DNA of 64,000 bases from a virus (IMGVR_UViG_3300000478_000013:1-64000), one strand, 5' to 3'. Numbered from the stretch's first letter, positions 8,979-18,562 are shown. Program-made: numbers and translations. Notes: generated from the letters alone by a model not told the origin.

Positions 8979-9212
8979 ATGCACTACGTTTTCATTCCTA
9001 TCGCTATTTTTGCCCTTGGATTTTCTTTTGCCCTTGGCATACTGATACAAGCAAGGTCTGCAACACAAAGGGCAGGGCTCTTCCTGCTTTTAGGAAGAAG
9101 GGCAGGATATAAACATGCGCACTCAGTTATATCTGAGTGCTCCTCGTTGGAGGAGGCGAAAGAGATAGTGAAGAACATGTACACAAACACCTTCTCTGAG
9201 GGACAGGAGTGA
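8979..9212 (+). CDS. membrane-anchored hypothetical protein
   Basis: N-terminal hydrophobic helix. Confidence 0.55.
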   Translation: MHYVFIPIAIFALGFSFALGILIQARSATQRAGLFLLLGRRAGYKHAHSVISECSSLEEAKEIVKNMYTNTFSEGQE

Positions 9213-9215
9213 CAC

Positions 9216-9476
9216 ATGACTGACGATCTGGAAGACATCACAACAGACCAGATAGCTTTCTTTGGAAACATCCTGCTAGAGGAATTTTTGTCTTCTGGAA
9301 TGCCACACCCAGTAGAAACCTATCCGGAGGAGTGCCAAGCAGCACTAAGGAAGGCTGACCCCCAAGAATTTGCCCGAAATATGGCTAAACTAGGGTACTT
9401 CTCTGATTATCCTGACAACCGTGCGATAGCCTTGATCTACGCTATCTACATGTGGTACCACAAGGTGTTCAACTGA
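9216..9476 (+). CDS. hypothetical protein
   Basis: AGGAG SD. Confidence 0.55.
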   Translation: MTDDLEDITTDQIAFFGNILLEEFLSSGMPHPVETYPEECQAALRKADPQEFARNMAKLGYFSDYPDNRAIALIYAIYMWYHKVFN

Positions 9477-9688
9477 TGTCTAGCATTTCAGAAAAGACCA
9501 GATGGATAATCGTACTGGTGGCTTTGAGCCCTGTTGCGCTTTGTTCCTCTGTGGTGATGTTGTTGGCCTCTTTGGTTTCCGGTCTTTTCAGGAACGACCT
9601 AGTTCAATCTGCTTGTCACAATTTGATTGGCCTCATTGTCATCACCATAGGACAGGTCTACGTTAGAGGAATCACTAGAATACTGTGA
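9476..9688 (+). CDS. small membrane protein (2 TM)
   Basis: TGATG overlap; two hydrophobic segments. Confidence 0.55.
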   Translation: MSSISEKTRWIIVLVALSPVALCSSVVMLLASLVSGLFRNDLVQSACHNLIGLIVITIGQVYVRGITRIL

Positions 9689-9746
9689 CATATCGATAGG
9701 ATAGGTCCAAACTTATTGGTATATCAATAACCCTATAAGGTAGTAT

Positions 9747-9938
9747 ATGCTTGGTTACTACATTCCAGATGATGACTATGACGAGGATGACACAGACACC
9801 AAGAAAAAGCCTCCTGTAAGGTGCCAAGAATGCGAAGGACATGGATTACTTTTCTACTGTGACTGCGCCAGAGGCAAGGGGTGCGGAAACTACAGAGAAG
9901 AACCATGCTATAAGTGTGACGGAAAAGGGTACACCTGA
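9747..9938 (+). CDS. small DnaJ-type Zn-finger protein
   Basis: CQECEGHG...CYKCDGKG (CxxCxGxG x2). Confidence 0.6.
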   Translation: MLGYYIPDDDYDEDDTDTKKKPPVRCQECEGHGLLFYCDCARGKGCGNYREEPCYKCDGKGYT

Positions 9939-10342
9939 TGCACGTAGAAGACATGTGGCTAGAGCACGCACTCAAAGACCCAGTAGTAGGACCCAGGCTT
10001 CAACGACTTAGGCTCAAGGGTGGTCACTTCGAAGTATTTCAGCGCAGATCACAAGAGGAAGGAGAGAGGTGGAGAACCTTCCTGGCAAGAGGAGAAAGAG
10101 GAGGAGTACTGGGTGTACTCAACTTTGACACCAAGTTTGTGCATAACAAAGAACACGCTGGGCTCGGGGTGTACGTAGACTACAGGTACAGAAGAAGAGG
10201 AATTGGTACGTACTTGATGTATGCTGCGCGAAGCCAATATCCTGACCACGAATTTTTCGTAAAGCCTTGGAGTCGCATCTCTTCTGAATTCTTCCAGAAG
10301 GTAGATCATGTACTACAGCCAAACCAAAGAAGTACTGGATGA
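9938..10342 (+). CDS. GNAT-family acetyltransferase
   Basis: VYVDYRYRRRGIGTYLM acetyl-CoA binding motif. Confidence 0.75.
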   Translation: MHVEDMWLEHALKDPVVGPRLQRLRLKGGHFEVFQRRSQEEGERWRTFLARGERGGVLGVLNFDTKFVHNKEHAGLGVYVDYRYRRRGIGTYLMYAARSQYPDHEFFVKPWSRISSEFFQKVDHVLQPNQRSTG

Positions 10343-10886
10343 GGTTCTTCGTACGGGTCAAGTACAAGAAGGAGAGGTAGACCTTCTTGTTGTTGTGGGT
10401 AGTCAAGTTTACGGCTTAGCCGGACCTGAGTCTGACGTAGACTTTCTTATGGTCACCAAAGAACCCACAGGTTCTACTCTGATTCTGCAGAACAATATAG
10501 ATATAGTCGTCAAGAGCAGGGGTGACTTTCTATCCTCGTTGGACTCTGGTAGTGTCTTTTCGTTCGAGGGTCTATTCACCCCTCCTGAGTTTTCGCTCCT
10601 AAGGAAGTTGAACTACGCCAGGTCTCCAGATAGGAAGAAGGTAGCAGAGAGTGCCCTCGAAAGGTCTCGTAGCGACTATAAGAAAGGCACCCGTACCAAT
10701 GACCCTAAGAAGGTATTCCACTCTATACGTGTGCTAGACTTTGCTCACCAGATCTTGACCCAAGGTTCCATACGCAACTTCAAGTCAGTAAACTACTTGT
10801 ACGAAGAAATTCTTACGTCACCAGACCTGAGCCTCACAGCAGAAGCGTACAGCGCTTACGAGAAAAGAGTGACAGATGAAGTCTAA
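10308..10886 (+). CDS. Pol-beta-superfamily nucleotidyltransferase
   Basis: VGSQVYGLAGPESDVDF motif; later 'KKVFHSIR'. Confidence 0.8.
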   Translation: MYYSQTKEVLDEVLRTGQVQEGEVDLLVVVGSQVYGLAGPESDVDFLMVTKEPTGSTLILQNNIDIVVKSRGDFLSSLDSGSVFSFEGLFTPPEFSLLRKLNYARSPDRKKVAESALERSRSDYKKGTRTNDPKKVFHSIRVLDFAHQILTQGSIRNFKSVNYLYEEILTSPDLSLTAEAYSAYEKRVTDEV

Positions 10887-11109
10887 GATTCTTTATTTTT
10901 CTGGGTATGTTTTCTTTTCATCCCTACTTGTCTTTGGTGCCATTCGTTTGTTCGGGGACGCGGACGATCCCGTAGTAAGGGGACAAAAGGATAGGGAGTT
11001 GTGTGAGGAGTACTGCGCGGGCGCAGATTCTGTGTTAGAGGGCATCTCATCCAACCCCTATGACGCGCAACAAACTACATGTACGTGTTTCGCAGCGGAT
11101 GATGACTGA
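10876..11109 (+). CDS. membrane-anchored Cys-rich protein
   Basis: N-terminal TM; CEEYC...CTC. Confidence 0.55.
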   Translation: MKSKILYFSGYVFFSSLLVFGAIRLFGDADDPVVRGQKDRELCEEYCAGADSVLEGISSNPYDAQQTTCTCFAADDD

Positions 11110-11351
11110 TGAAAAAGAAATCACTCAAAGAAAAGAAGCAGGAACAACTTTCTTCCCTATGCGGAAAGGCTCGCGTCCTTATTAGCAAGGCGGGAGTCAA
11201 GGAGTTCACGCGTTCTTGGTTGGCGACAGAGCTTGGAGTAGGGGACAAAGAGGCGTCACAAGTAGCCAGTCAACTGAAGAAGGACCTGTTTCTCTTCGGT
11301 GAGAACAACCTAAATTCTGAAGACGGTGTAGCCAGGTATAGGGTGAGATGA
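11109..11351 (+). CDS. small basic protein, winged-helix-like
   Basis: FTRSWLATELGV...ASQVASQL. Confidence 0.45.
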   Translation: MKKKSLKEKKQEQLSSLCGKARVLISKAGVKEFTRSWLATELGVGDKEASQVASQLKKDLFLFGENNLNSEDGVARYRVR

Positions 11352-11656
11352 TGGATGAAGAGTCTGAACTAGAGTTTGACCCTACGAAACATGAGCCTAT
11401 AGTCGGAGGGGACCAAGTTTCTATCGGGGAACAGATCTACAACAGATTTGTTGGATCTTGCGTGGTTCTGTCTAAGAGTGACAAGTGGATACACGTGGAG
11501 TACGAGGGTATTCCAGGAGGCCCTTCATCCCGTGCCGCCGTACAGCTCTACTCCCGAGCAGACCCCATAGGTTTCTACGGAGAAGACGACCTACTATTTG
11601 AGGTTATGGCCGACTACAAAGAGGGTCTTCTTCCTTATTTCTGGAGGAGGAGGTGA
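11348..11656 (+). CDS. hypothetical protein
   Basis: ATGA overlap. Confidence 0.55.
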   Translation: MMDEESELEFDPTKHEPIVGGDQVSIGEQIYNRFVGSCVVLSKSDKWIHVEYEGIPGGPSSRAAVQLYSRADPIGFYGEDDLLFEVMADYKEGLLPYFWRRR

Positions 11657-11659
11657 CCC

Positions 11660-11860
11660 ATGCCCATAATAATGAAAGCGAAATGTGATAAAAGTGGGTG
11701 CAGAATAACACAATCTTTCTACCTAGACAGCAGCGCAGAGAACGGAAAAACCATAATAGATGGGCTTCGTTCGGGTGGCTGGTGTGTCGAAGGTGAGTTT
11801 AACGGAACGCCGTCAGGGTTACAACTGACGTGTCCCATATGTTCAAACAAAAAGGGATAA
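11660..11860 (+). CDS. small Zn-ribbon protein
   Basis: Strong GGAGG SD; CD..GC...GW...CPIC. Confidence 0.6.
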   Translation: MPIIMKAKCDKSGCRITQSFYLDSSAENGKTIIDGLRSGGWCVEGEFNGTPSGLQLTCPICSNKKG

Positions 11861-11861
11861 A

Positions 11862-12281
11862 ATGGACTTACTTCCGGTAACTGAAGCTGACGGGGAATGG
11901 GTGGGAGAGGCAATGGCTGGAGTTCTTCCATCAGAATTAGACGCCCGTGTTTGGATCCAGGAAGATCCAATAGAAGTAGAAGGAAAACCCGCCAACAAGT
12001 TTAGGATGCGGGGACAGAATCTGATTGTCCTAGCAACAGTGGCCCCTGTTCTAGTTCGTGGGTCAGAAGAAAAACGAGCCTCCTACCACCTCATCGTGTT
12101 TAAGGAAGATGAGTCGGGGAAGATCAAGAAGCCCAACGAGGCCGACATCAATAGAGCCAGGTCTACCTTTATATGCCGACCTCTCGCCAGCGAAGAGATG
12201 GTGTATGAGGGAAGTGTAGGAGACTCTAGGGCACACCACATCATGACTGTGTTCCGGTGGAGTCCTATCCTCCTTCCCTAG
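11862..12281 (+). CDS. hypothetical protein
   Basis: Tiles with its neighbours. Confidence 0.55.
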   Translation: MDLLPVTEADGEWVGEAMAGVLPSELDARVWIQEDPIEVEGKPANKFRMRGQNLIVLATVAPVLVRGSEEKRASYHLIVFKEDESGKIKKPNEADINRARSTFICRPLASEEMVYEGSVGDSRAHHIMTVFRWSPILLP

Positions 12282-12319
12282 CTCCAACCCTGTACATATT
12301 GGTGGTGGAGGAGCTTTGC

Positions 12320-12733
12320 ATGGGAAAAACTTACCGGGGACATAGAAAGACTCGTGGAGTAATGAAGGCAAAGCAGCACAAACAAAGGGCAAAGTGGAAG
12401 AGTTCGAACGGAACTAGACTACGTACCCTAATGGTCGACCTGATAGATTTCCAGCAGGAAGCAGGATTCGGTGCCATACCTCTGCATGCCTCGTCCAGAG
12501 TAAGGGTTCATGAGAAAGATACTGAAAAATTCCTGGAGTTAGGGATCGAACTTCTGAAGTTAAAGCACTCTTACGCCAGGAAACAAACTAGGCACTTGCA
12601 CAAAATACTGAACCTTCTTGGTGTGAGAAATCCTATTCTGGAGAATAGAAAAAAGCATTGGGATAGGCTGATCCAACTTACAGGTCAAGCTATCAAGGAT
12701 AGAGAAGATGAAATTTCCTCTTCGAAGGTCTGA
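12320..12733 (+). CDS. basic hypothetical protein
   Basis: GGAGGAG SD before ATG 12320 (MGKTYRGHRK). Confidence 0.6.
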   Translation: MGKTYRGHRKTRGVMKAKQHKQRAKWKSSNGTRLRTLMVDLIDFQQEAGFGAIPLHASSRVRVHEKDTEKFLELGIELLKLKHSYARKQTRHLHKILNLLGVRNPILENRKKHWDRLIQLTGQAIKDREDEISSSKV

Positions 12734-13223
12734 CGTTTCATTTCCTCGCATGATATCCAAGGAGGGGACCTTTGGATACCAAAGAAAGTACGATATCCAT
12801 ACAGGAGTAGACCTCTATACCGTAGAGAACGCTCCAGTGTACGCCATGGAGAGGGGGAAGGTAGTATCAGTAGAGAAGTTTACTGGACCTCCAGAGTCTC
12901 CCTGGTGGCTTCCTACCTATGCTGTCCTCGTAGAAGGAGAGTCTGGTGTCATTGCCTATGGGGAAGTGCTTCCCCTTGTGTCCGATGGAGACCTTGTAAG
13001 CGAGGGGCAAGAAATCGCCAGAGTTACTCCTGTTCTGCCTCAAGGCAAAGAAAGACCTGACATACCTGGTCATTCTAGGTTTATGCTACACATGGAATTG
13101 TACGTCCATGGAACCACAAAGACAGTATGGTGGAGACTAGAGGAACCCCAGCCAGAAGAACTCAGGGACCCCATGCCCGTCTTGTCCAGAGCGTGGAATG
13201 AAGGGTGTCTAACCCTGGCTTGA
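12708..13223 (+). CDS. M23-family metallopeptidase (candidate peptidoglycan hydrolase)
   Basis: HTGVD...PVYAME.G.V...V..GD.V..GQ.IA...LHMELY. Confidence 0.85.
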   Translation: MKFPLRRSDVSFPRMISKEGTFGYQRKYDIHTGVDLYTVENAPVYAMERGKVVSVEKFTGPPESPWWLPTYAVLVEGESGVIAYGEVLPLVSDGDLVSEGQEIARVTPVLPQGKERPDIPGHSRFMLHMELYVHGTTKTVWWRLEEPQPEELRDPMPVLSRAWNEGCLTLA

Positions 13224-13233
13224 AAGACAAAAT

Positions 13234-13542
13234 ATGAAGCAAAAGGCACAGCCATACCAAATTAGTTCCTCCATAAAGGGCGTGAAGAAGAGCGACTTCT
13301 TCAGATGTGAAGCACTCTCCAGTACACTTCTAAAGAAGTCGTGTGGCAAGAGATGGCTTAGGGCGGAGGAAATAGAGATAAGAGAAGACGGTGTGTGCAA
13401 AGACATGATGCCTTACATGCCTTGCAGAGGATGTGCAATAGGAAAGAAGAATTCCGTACACGTGGACACCGACACCCTAATCAAGGTAAAGACGGTAAAC
13501 CTTGGAAGGGCTGTGGCCAATCTGCCAAAGATGGAGAAATGA
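13234..13542 (+). CDS. Cys-rich hypothetical protein
   Basis: FRCE...SC...PCRGC.IG. Confidence 0.55.
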   Translation: MKQKAQPYQISSSIKGVKKSDFFRCEALSSTLLKKSCGKRWLRAEEIEIREDGVCKDMMPYMPCRGCAIGKKNSVHVDTDTLIKVKTVNLGRAVANLPKMEK

Positions 13543-13727
13543 TGTATAGAGAAAGGCCTACCGTAGTTTGTCAGGAATGTGGGGCCAAGGTCACGGAGTC
13601 CTACACTACATTCCTTCTGCCTCCGCTGGTACAGGCTTCGACAAGAGTATGTTTGGACTGCGAAAGCGAGGTAACCAAAACCTTGATACAGAATCTTCGT
13701 AGATTCTCTCAGGCAATCATACTTTAG
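13539..13727 (+). CDS. small Zn-finger protein
   Basis: ATG at 13539 overlaps the upstream stop; CQEC...CLDC. Confidence 0.5.
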   Translation: MMYRERPTVVCQECGAKVTESYTTFLLPPLVQASTRVCLDCESEVTKTLIQNLRRFSQAIIL

Positions 13728-13926
13728 CCGTTCTCCTTAGAAATCCAGAACCGTCCCTATAAAGGAAACCGTCCGCCTCTAAGGAGGCTAGCCTGGTGCG
13801 AACTTCGTCTGGTCCAAAGGATTCTCCTAGACTTCGTATGATGTCCTTGTCTGGGATAGATCCTTTTCTTACCAAAGCGAAGATCGCTTGTATCAAACCA
13901 GTTTGAAACAAAAGACCGGCGTTCAT
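13717..13926 (-). CDS. small winged-helix-like protein
   Basis: EVRTRLASLEADGFLYR pattern; ATGA overlap with the upstream - gene. Confidence 0.5.
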   Translation of the reverse strand: MNAGLLFQTGLIQAIFALVRKGSIPDKDIIRSLGESFGPDEVRTRLASLEADGFLYRDGSGFLRRTAKV

Positions 13927-14117
13927 GCACCGCCTCCGCCGTCTCCTCCACCTCCACCCTCGCCTCCGTCTCCACCGAACGTTACGTCGAGGCTATCAGG
14001 AGGAGACCCCGCCCTGTCTTTTTTCTTCTTTTTCTTCCTCTTCTTTTTCTTAGCGGAAAGAGATAGAAGCGCAATAACTTCTAGTTTGTCGGCTAGCCTT
14101 AGTGTTCTTGAGTGCAT
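13923..14117 (-). CDS. small Lys-rich/Gly-rich protein
   Basis: ATG at 14117 (MHSRTLRLADKL); KKKKRKKKKKK tract and GGDGGEGGGGGDGGGG tail. Confidence 0.55.
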   Translation of the reverse strand: MHSRTLRLADKLEVIALLSLSAKKKKRKKKKKKDRAGSPPDSLDVTFGGDGGEGGGGGDGGGGA

Positions 14118-14127
14118 AGGAGTGTAA

Positions 14128-14322
14128 ATGGGTGAAGAGAGAAGCAAAGAAGACATGCAGAAGAGTCTTCTTCCTGACATAGATAAGCTTAAGAAGGATG
14201 CCGAAACTTGGGTTCCTACTGAGCTTCCTGAATTCGATAAGGATCCTTTATACCTAACTCCTGAAGAAGAGTTAGAGATAGTGGAAGAAATAAGAAGGAG
14301 AAGAAATGCCCAAAGAAAGTGA
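14128..14322 (+). CDS. hypothetical protein
   Basis: AGGAG SD. Confidence 0.55.
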   Translation: MGEERSKEDMQKSLLPDIDKLKKDAETWVPTELPEFDKDPLYLTPEEELEIVEEIRRRRNAQRK

Positions 14323-14656
14323 ATACATCGATGCCATCAAGGATACAGAATTGTACCTTGATTCCCCTCTTCCTGTAGAACTTAACGGTCGGCCCGGAAA
14401 CTGGGTAGCCACATGGATGGAGACAGGCATAGAAGGGGAAGGAAAGACAAGAGACTTAGCTCTTGAAGACTTCACGAAGGAACTAATAAAGGAATATAAG
14501 CGTATCGATGCGCTTCTAAAGAATTCTGACCCCTTGTCCGAGAAGGATGAGACTACGTGGGTGTCTTTGTGCCATTATGTGGGAACTGTCCGTAGCGGTA
14601 CACGCCTTCCTGGAACTGAGTTCAACGACCCCGACGGTGGGCCTATCTTCGGCTGA
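14306..14656 (+). CDS. HicB-like fold protein
   Basis: WVATWMETGIEGEGKTRDLALEDF resembles the HicB 'G.T.eEA' N-terminal domain. Confidence 0.4.
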   Translation: MPKESEYIDAIKDTELYLDSPLPVELNGRPGNWVATWMETGIEGEGKTRDLALEDFTKELIKEYKRIDALLKNSDPLSEKDETTWVSLCHYVGTVRSGTRLPGTEFNDPDGGPIFG

Positions 14657-15026
14657 GAAGACTTCTGGAGGGCCTGTCCTTGGACGGGCTTTCCTGGCTT
14701 CTTTGTAGACTGTGCGTGTTTTTTCTGTGAGATACCTGAGGGGCCCTCTTACCGAAGGACACTCTTCCAGAATGGTACAAGGAATCTAACTTTCTAAGTA
14801 CCTCCAAGGCAGCGTCTATCTTGTCTTTGACAGAATTTAGACGCTCCACGGGAGACTTGATGCCAGACCTCTCTAGTAGGGCAGAGAGTTCTTCTATCCT
14901 CTCTGTGGCGTCCAGCAATCCCATGTGTGCTTCTACTGTGTCGGACACAAAAGAGTCTACATCTATTTTTGTGTCTGCTAGTAATTCCGCAGACGCCAAT
15001 AACCTGTGGGCCAAGTCCGTGCGCAT
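14643..15026 (-). CDS. helical hypothetical protein with shared leader motif
   Basis: MRTDLAHRLLASAELL; isolated - strand gene. Confidence 0.55.
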   Translation of the reverse strand: MRTDLAHRLLASAELLADTKIDVDSFVSDTVEAHMGLLDATERIEELSALLERSGIKSPVERLNSVKDKIDAALEVLRKLDSLYHSGRVSFGKRAPQVSHRKNTHSLQRSQESPSKDRPSRSLLSRR

Positions 15027-15096
15027 ATGTTGTAGATAACTTCCGGTGGAAATCCTAGTTATATTTCACAATATGGATCTCCATAAAGGATGTCAC

Positions 15097-15384
15097 ATGC
15101 TGAGCACAAAGAAAGTACACGACATAATAAATGATATTGAACAGTTCTGGGCCAGAACTGCACAGGGGAAGAGGGTGTGCGGTTCCAACAGCGAAGGAGA
15201 GGCATGTGTATTCCTTTGCGAGGACTTACATACGACTCTAGGTGTATTTGATTCTGAGGTGGAAGCAAAGGCGTACGCTCAAGCTCCAGCACACATGAAA
15301 GAGTTAGTCTCCCTAGTAAGAACTCTTACAAAAGAACGAGACGAGGCGGCTAGAATCCTAGCGGATCTTTCCAAAGAAGACTGA
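15097..15384 (+). CDS. hypothetical protein
   Basis: AAAGGA SD before ATG 15097. Confidence 0.55.
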   Translation: MLSTKKVHDIINDIEQFWARTAQGKRVCGSNSEGEACVFLCEDLHTTLGVFDSEVEAKAYAQAPAHMKELVSLVRTLTKERDEAARILADLSKED

Positions 15385-15410
15385 AAGAAAGAAAGAAAGA
15401 AGACTTACAA

Positions 15411-16712
15411 ATGACTATCACTTGGATGCAGGATGCTCACCCTGACCACCCCACTATTACAAATCCAGACTGGGTAACTAGCTGGGCCTATAGGAATCTG
15501 GTAAGGCGGGCAGCAGAGGGGAAGTGTACAAACCCCTTGCGCTTCTCCTTCAACAGCATTCCTCTTACAGAAGATGTAAGAGAAGAGGTACTCAAGTGCA
15601 TAGAGTCTTTTGGAGTCAGCCTATCTTGTTTAGATGAAGGCATATTCGCCTGGGACGACGACTACGAACAAACCTATGTGTGGCAGGATGGGGCTCTCTT
15701 CCTGGCCTCCACAGAAGACCTGAGAAGGTTTGGTCTGACACTCGTGTCTACCAACCATGAACTGGTAGAGAAGGTAAGAGAGATTACTGCCTCCATGGTG
15801 ACAAGGCAGGAGCGCTCTAACAGGGGAAGGGTTCACGTTCTTGTCGAAAAGACGGGAGGCATAGGCATCTCTGCCCTGGGTTTTGCGGCCACCGATTTGA
15901 TACTGGATAACTACGATTCTGGTATTCACCAGCAAATTCTGTCCATGACGGAGTCCTTGAAGGAGGACTTTCCTGATGGCCGGTTGTCTATTCTAGAGGG
16001 TGTTCCAGGCTGTGGTAAGACTTTCTTGGTTCGTTCCTTGGTGGGGGCCATACCCAACGCCACCTTTGTGTTCGTTCCTCCTGCTCTTATTCCCCGTCTC
16101 GGAGACCCCTCCATGGTTTCTGCTCTTATCTCGTTGAAGGAGGACAACGGGCAGATTGGGCCTACTGTTCTTATCTGCGAGGATGCAGACTCCGTTCTCA
16201 CAAAGAGAAAAGCCGACAACATGGCGGCCATTTCGTCCATACTAAACCTCACCTCTGGTATCCTTGGGGACCTTATCGACGTGAGGATTGTAGCCACTAC
16301 GAATTCCCAAAGGGCAGAGATAGACGACGCCCTTCTTCGTAGCGGTAGACTGTCTCACTACATCCATGTGCCTCCCCTGGACGTCAGTTATGCGGCCGAC
16401 CTGCTGAATAAAATGGTTCCTGGAGCAGAGGTTCCAGAAGATTGGTCAGAAACCAAGGCCCACAAGGAAAAGAGAATCCAGATGGGGTTCGGAAGTGTTC
16501 CGGCGGAGAAGCGTGTGAAGGGAGTCATTCTCGCAGATGTGTACAGGTACGCCAGGAGCCAGGGTTGGTCTCCTCGGGATCACCTTAGTAAGGTGGAAGA
16601 CCACGGCCTACGCGTACGAGCACCGCGTCCACGACGAGTTATCCCTTCTCCCGTTGCGTCTGGTAAGGGGGAGAGGCGTCTTGTTTCTCTCAGCAACTGC
16701 AAGGCAGACTGA
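15411..16712 (+). CDS. AAA+ ATPase
   Basis: Walker A GVPGCGKT, Walker B LICEDAD, ATTN, SRH DDALLRSGRL. Confidence 0.9.
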   Translation: MTITWMQDAHPDHPTITNPDWVTSWAYRNLVRRAAEGKCTNPLRFSFNSIPLTEDVREEVLKCIESFGVSLSCLDEGIFAWDDDYEQTYVWQDGALFLASTEDLRRFGLTLVSTNHELVEKVREITASMVTRQERSNRGRVHVLVEKTGGIGISALGFAATDLILDNYDSGIHQQILSMTESLKEDFPDGRLSILEGVPGCGKTFLVRSLVGAIPNATFVFVPPALIPRLGDPSMVSALISLKEDNGQIGPTVLICEDADSVLTKRKADNMAAISSILNLTSGILGDLIDVRIVATTNSQRAEIDDALLRSGRLSHYIHVPPLDVSYAADLLNKMVPGAEVPEDWSETKAHKEKRIQMGFGSVPAEKRVKGVILADVYRYARSQGWSPRDHLSKVEDHGLRVRAPRPRRVIPSPVASGKGERRLVSLSNCKAD

Positions 16713-16714
16713 CT

Positions 16715-17044
16715 GTGAAATTGCCGCAAAAATTTAGTTTCTGGTTCCAATCCCTCACGGTTCTCTTGGCTGCGGCACCCCTGCTCTTCTACACGGTATC
16801 TCTACTTCTTTCTTCGGAAAGCACTCTGTTTGTTCCTATTTTTGCCTACATCCTTGTTTCTTCTCTGTTGGTGGTGGTCGTCTACTATCTGGGAAGAAAC
16901 AAGATGAGGGAAGAACGAAGGGAACAAATAAGAGCAGAGGTGCTAAGTATAATCGAAGAGATGTCTTCGACCTCGACATCAGAACCCAACGAGAGTAAGG
17001 ACTTCGCCAAGGTTATTCGCCTGTCGCAAAGGACCAAGAAATGA
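16715..17044 (+). CDS. membrane protein (2 TM)
   Basis: Two hydrophobic helices followed by a charged tail. Confidence 0.6.
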   Translation: MKLPQKFSFWFQSLTVLLAAAPLLFYTVSLLLSSESTLFVPIFAYILVSSLLVVVVYYLGRNKMREERREQIRAEVLSIIEEMSSTSTSEPNESKDFAKVIRLSQRTKK

Positions 17045-17394
17045 AAGTTGAATTCGAAGAGGGTGACGTAGTTTTCTACTATGGCGTCATGGCAGTGGTT
17101 CAGGGTGGCGTCTACTCCATTAATGGAATGGCGGGGCGCCACGTAATGGACGCCAAAGGAAACATCACCCTGGTACCAGAAGCGGAGCTTCTAACAGAAG
17201 ATGCCCACCTACTGAACCTATGTCTGGAAGTTCTTGACGGTTACGCAGAGTGGGAAGCACGTATTGTGTCGGACTCGGGAGACTCTCTGCTGGAAAATCT
17301 CACCAACGATAACTACGAGAGAATGATTTCTCTTCAAGGTGATAGAAACGACATAGGTAAGATGGTCATGGAGAGAAATTCGAGGAAGGGCTGA
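17041..17394 (+). CDS. hypothetical protein
   Basis: ATGA overlap. Confidence 0.55.
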   Translation: MKVEFEEGDVVFYYGVMAVVQGGVYSINGMAGRHVMDAKGNITLVPEAELLTEDAHLLNLCLEVLDGYAEWEARIVSDSGDSLLENLTNDNYERMISLQGDRNDIGKMVMERNSRKG

Positions 17395-17798
17395 TGACGA
17401 GAAAGACGAAGCAGGTTCTGGTTCTGCGCAAAGACCTCTCTATGAGAAAAGGTAAAATGGTAGCACAGGGATCACACGCATCAATGAAGGTCCTTCTGGA
17501 CATGATGGAGAAAACCGTAAGCGGTAATCAGGTTACGCTTACGCTTACCTGTGACCTTGAGGGTCCTTTGTGGGACTGGATTGGCGGCCGGTTCACTAAG
17601 GTGTGCGTCTATGTGAACTCAGAGGAGGAGCTTCTTGCTCTTCACGAAAAGTCAGTAGAACTGGGTGTACCATGTTGTCTAATCACAGACTCAGGAGCCA
17701 CAGAATTTAAGGGAGTACCGACAAATACAGCAGTGTCGATAGGACCAGCCTACGCCGACGAGGTAGACCTTGTGACGGGAGGACTTCCTCTTCTATGA
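17394..17798 (+). CDS. pth2: peptidyl-tRNA hydrolase, Pth2 family
   Basis: KQVLVLRKDLSMRKGKMVAQGSHAS, TKVCV, ITDSG.TEF.G.PT.T...IGP, TG.LPLL. Confidence 0.92.
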   Translation: MTRKTKQVLVLRKDLSMRKGKMVAQGSHASMKVLLDMMEKTVSGNQVTLTLTCDLEGPLWDWIGGRFTKVCVYVNSEEELLALHEKSVELGVPCCLITDSGATEFKGVPTNTAVSIGPAYADEVDLVTGGLPLL

Positions 17799-18562
17799 CT
17801 TTCACTACGGAAGTAAACGAGCTGAACGGGGGCCTCTACCTTGCAAAAGGAGATGCCCTTGTTTGGCTTAAATCCCTCTCAGATTCAGTGGCAGACCTAG
17901 TCATCACAGATATTCCTTACGCTTCGCTAGAAAAGCACAGAACAAAGGGAACCACTACCCGCCTTTCTAAGAGTAAGTCTTCAAGTAATGATTGGTTTCG
18001 CACCATACCAAACGAAGTACTTCCAGAATTGTGCAGCGAGCTGTATCGTGTACTCAAACCAAAGTCTCACTGTTACATGTTCTGCGACGATGAGACGTCT
18101 GACCTACTCAAAAAGGCAGGACAGGAGGCAGGTTTTTACTGCTGGAAGAGGCTAGTGTGGCAAAAAGTCGCACTGGGCATGGGGTACCACTACAGGGCAC
18201 AGTACGAGTTCATTCTCTTTTTTGAGAAGGGTAGGTCCAAGTGGGTCCAGGAAAAGGGCAAGTCCTTTAGCGGTACTCGGCAACTCAAGGACCGATCTGT
18301 ACCCGACGTCCTAGAATTTAAGAGGATACGGCACAAGGACGCTTACCCTACGGAGAAGCCAGTGGACCTTCTTGAGCTTCTGGTGACTAATTCTTCGGAC
18401 GAGGGAGACCTGGTTTTGGACCCATTCATGGGATCCGGAAACACAGGAGAAGCGGCACTGAAACACGGAAGGTACTTTTGGGGTTGTGACATCGCCGAAG
18501 AGTCACTAACCAGGTCCAAAAAGTTACTGGTTCCTTACTCCTACGCAGTGGAGGATTCCTGA
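17795..18562 (+). CDS. DNA N6-adenine/N4-cytosine methyltransferase (beta class)
   Basis: DLVITDIPY catalytic motif N-terminal; YPTEKP..L; VLDPFMGSG. Confidence 0.9.
   Translation: MTFTTEVNELNGGLYLAKGDALVWLKSLSDSVADLVITDIPYASLEKHRTKGTTTRLSKSKSSSNDWFRTIPNEVLPELCSELYRVLKPKSHCYMFCDDETSDLLKKAGQEAGFYCWKRLVWQKVALGMGYHYRAQYEFILFFEKGRSKWVQEKGKSFSGTRQLKDRSVPDVLEFKRIRHKDAYPTEKPVDLLELLVTNSSDEGDLVLDPFMGSGNTGEAALKHGRYFWGCDIAEESLTRSKKLLVPYSYAVEDS

Noticed and set aside
15383-15398. (GAAA)4 microsatellite
   Set aside because: Short purine-rich spacer before a start codon; no evidence of phase variation
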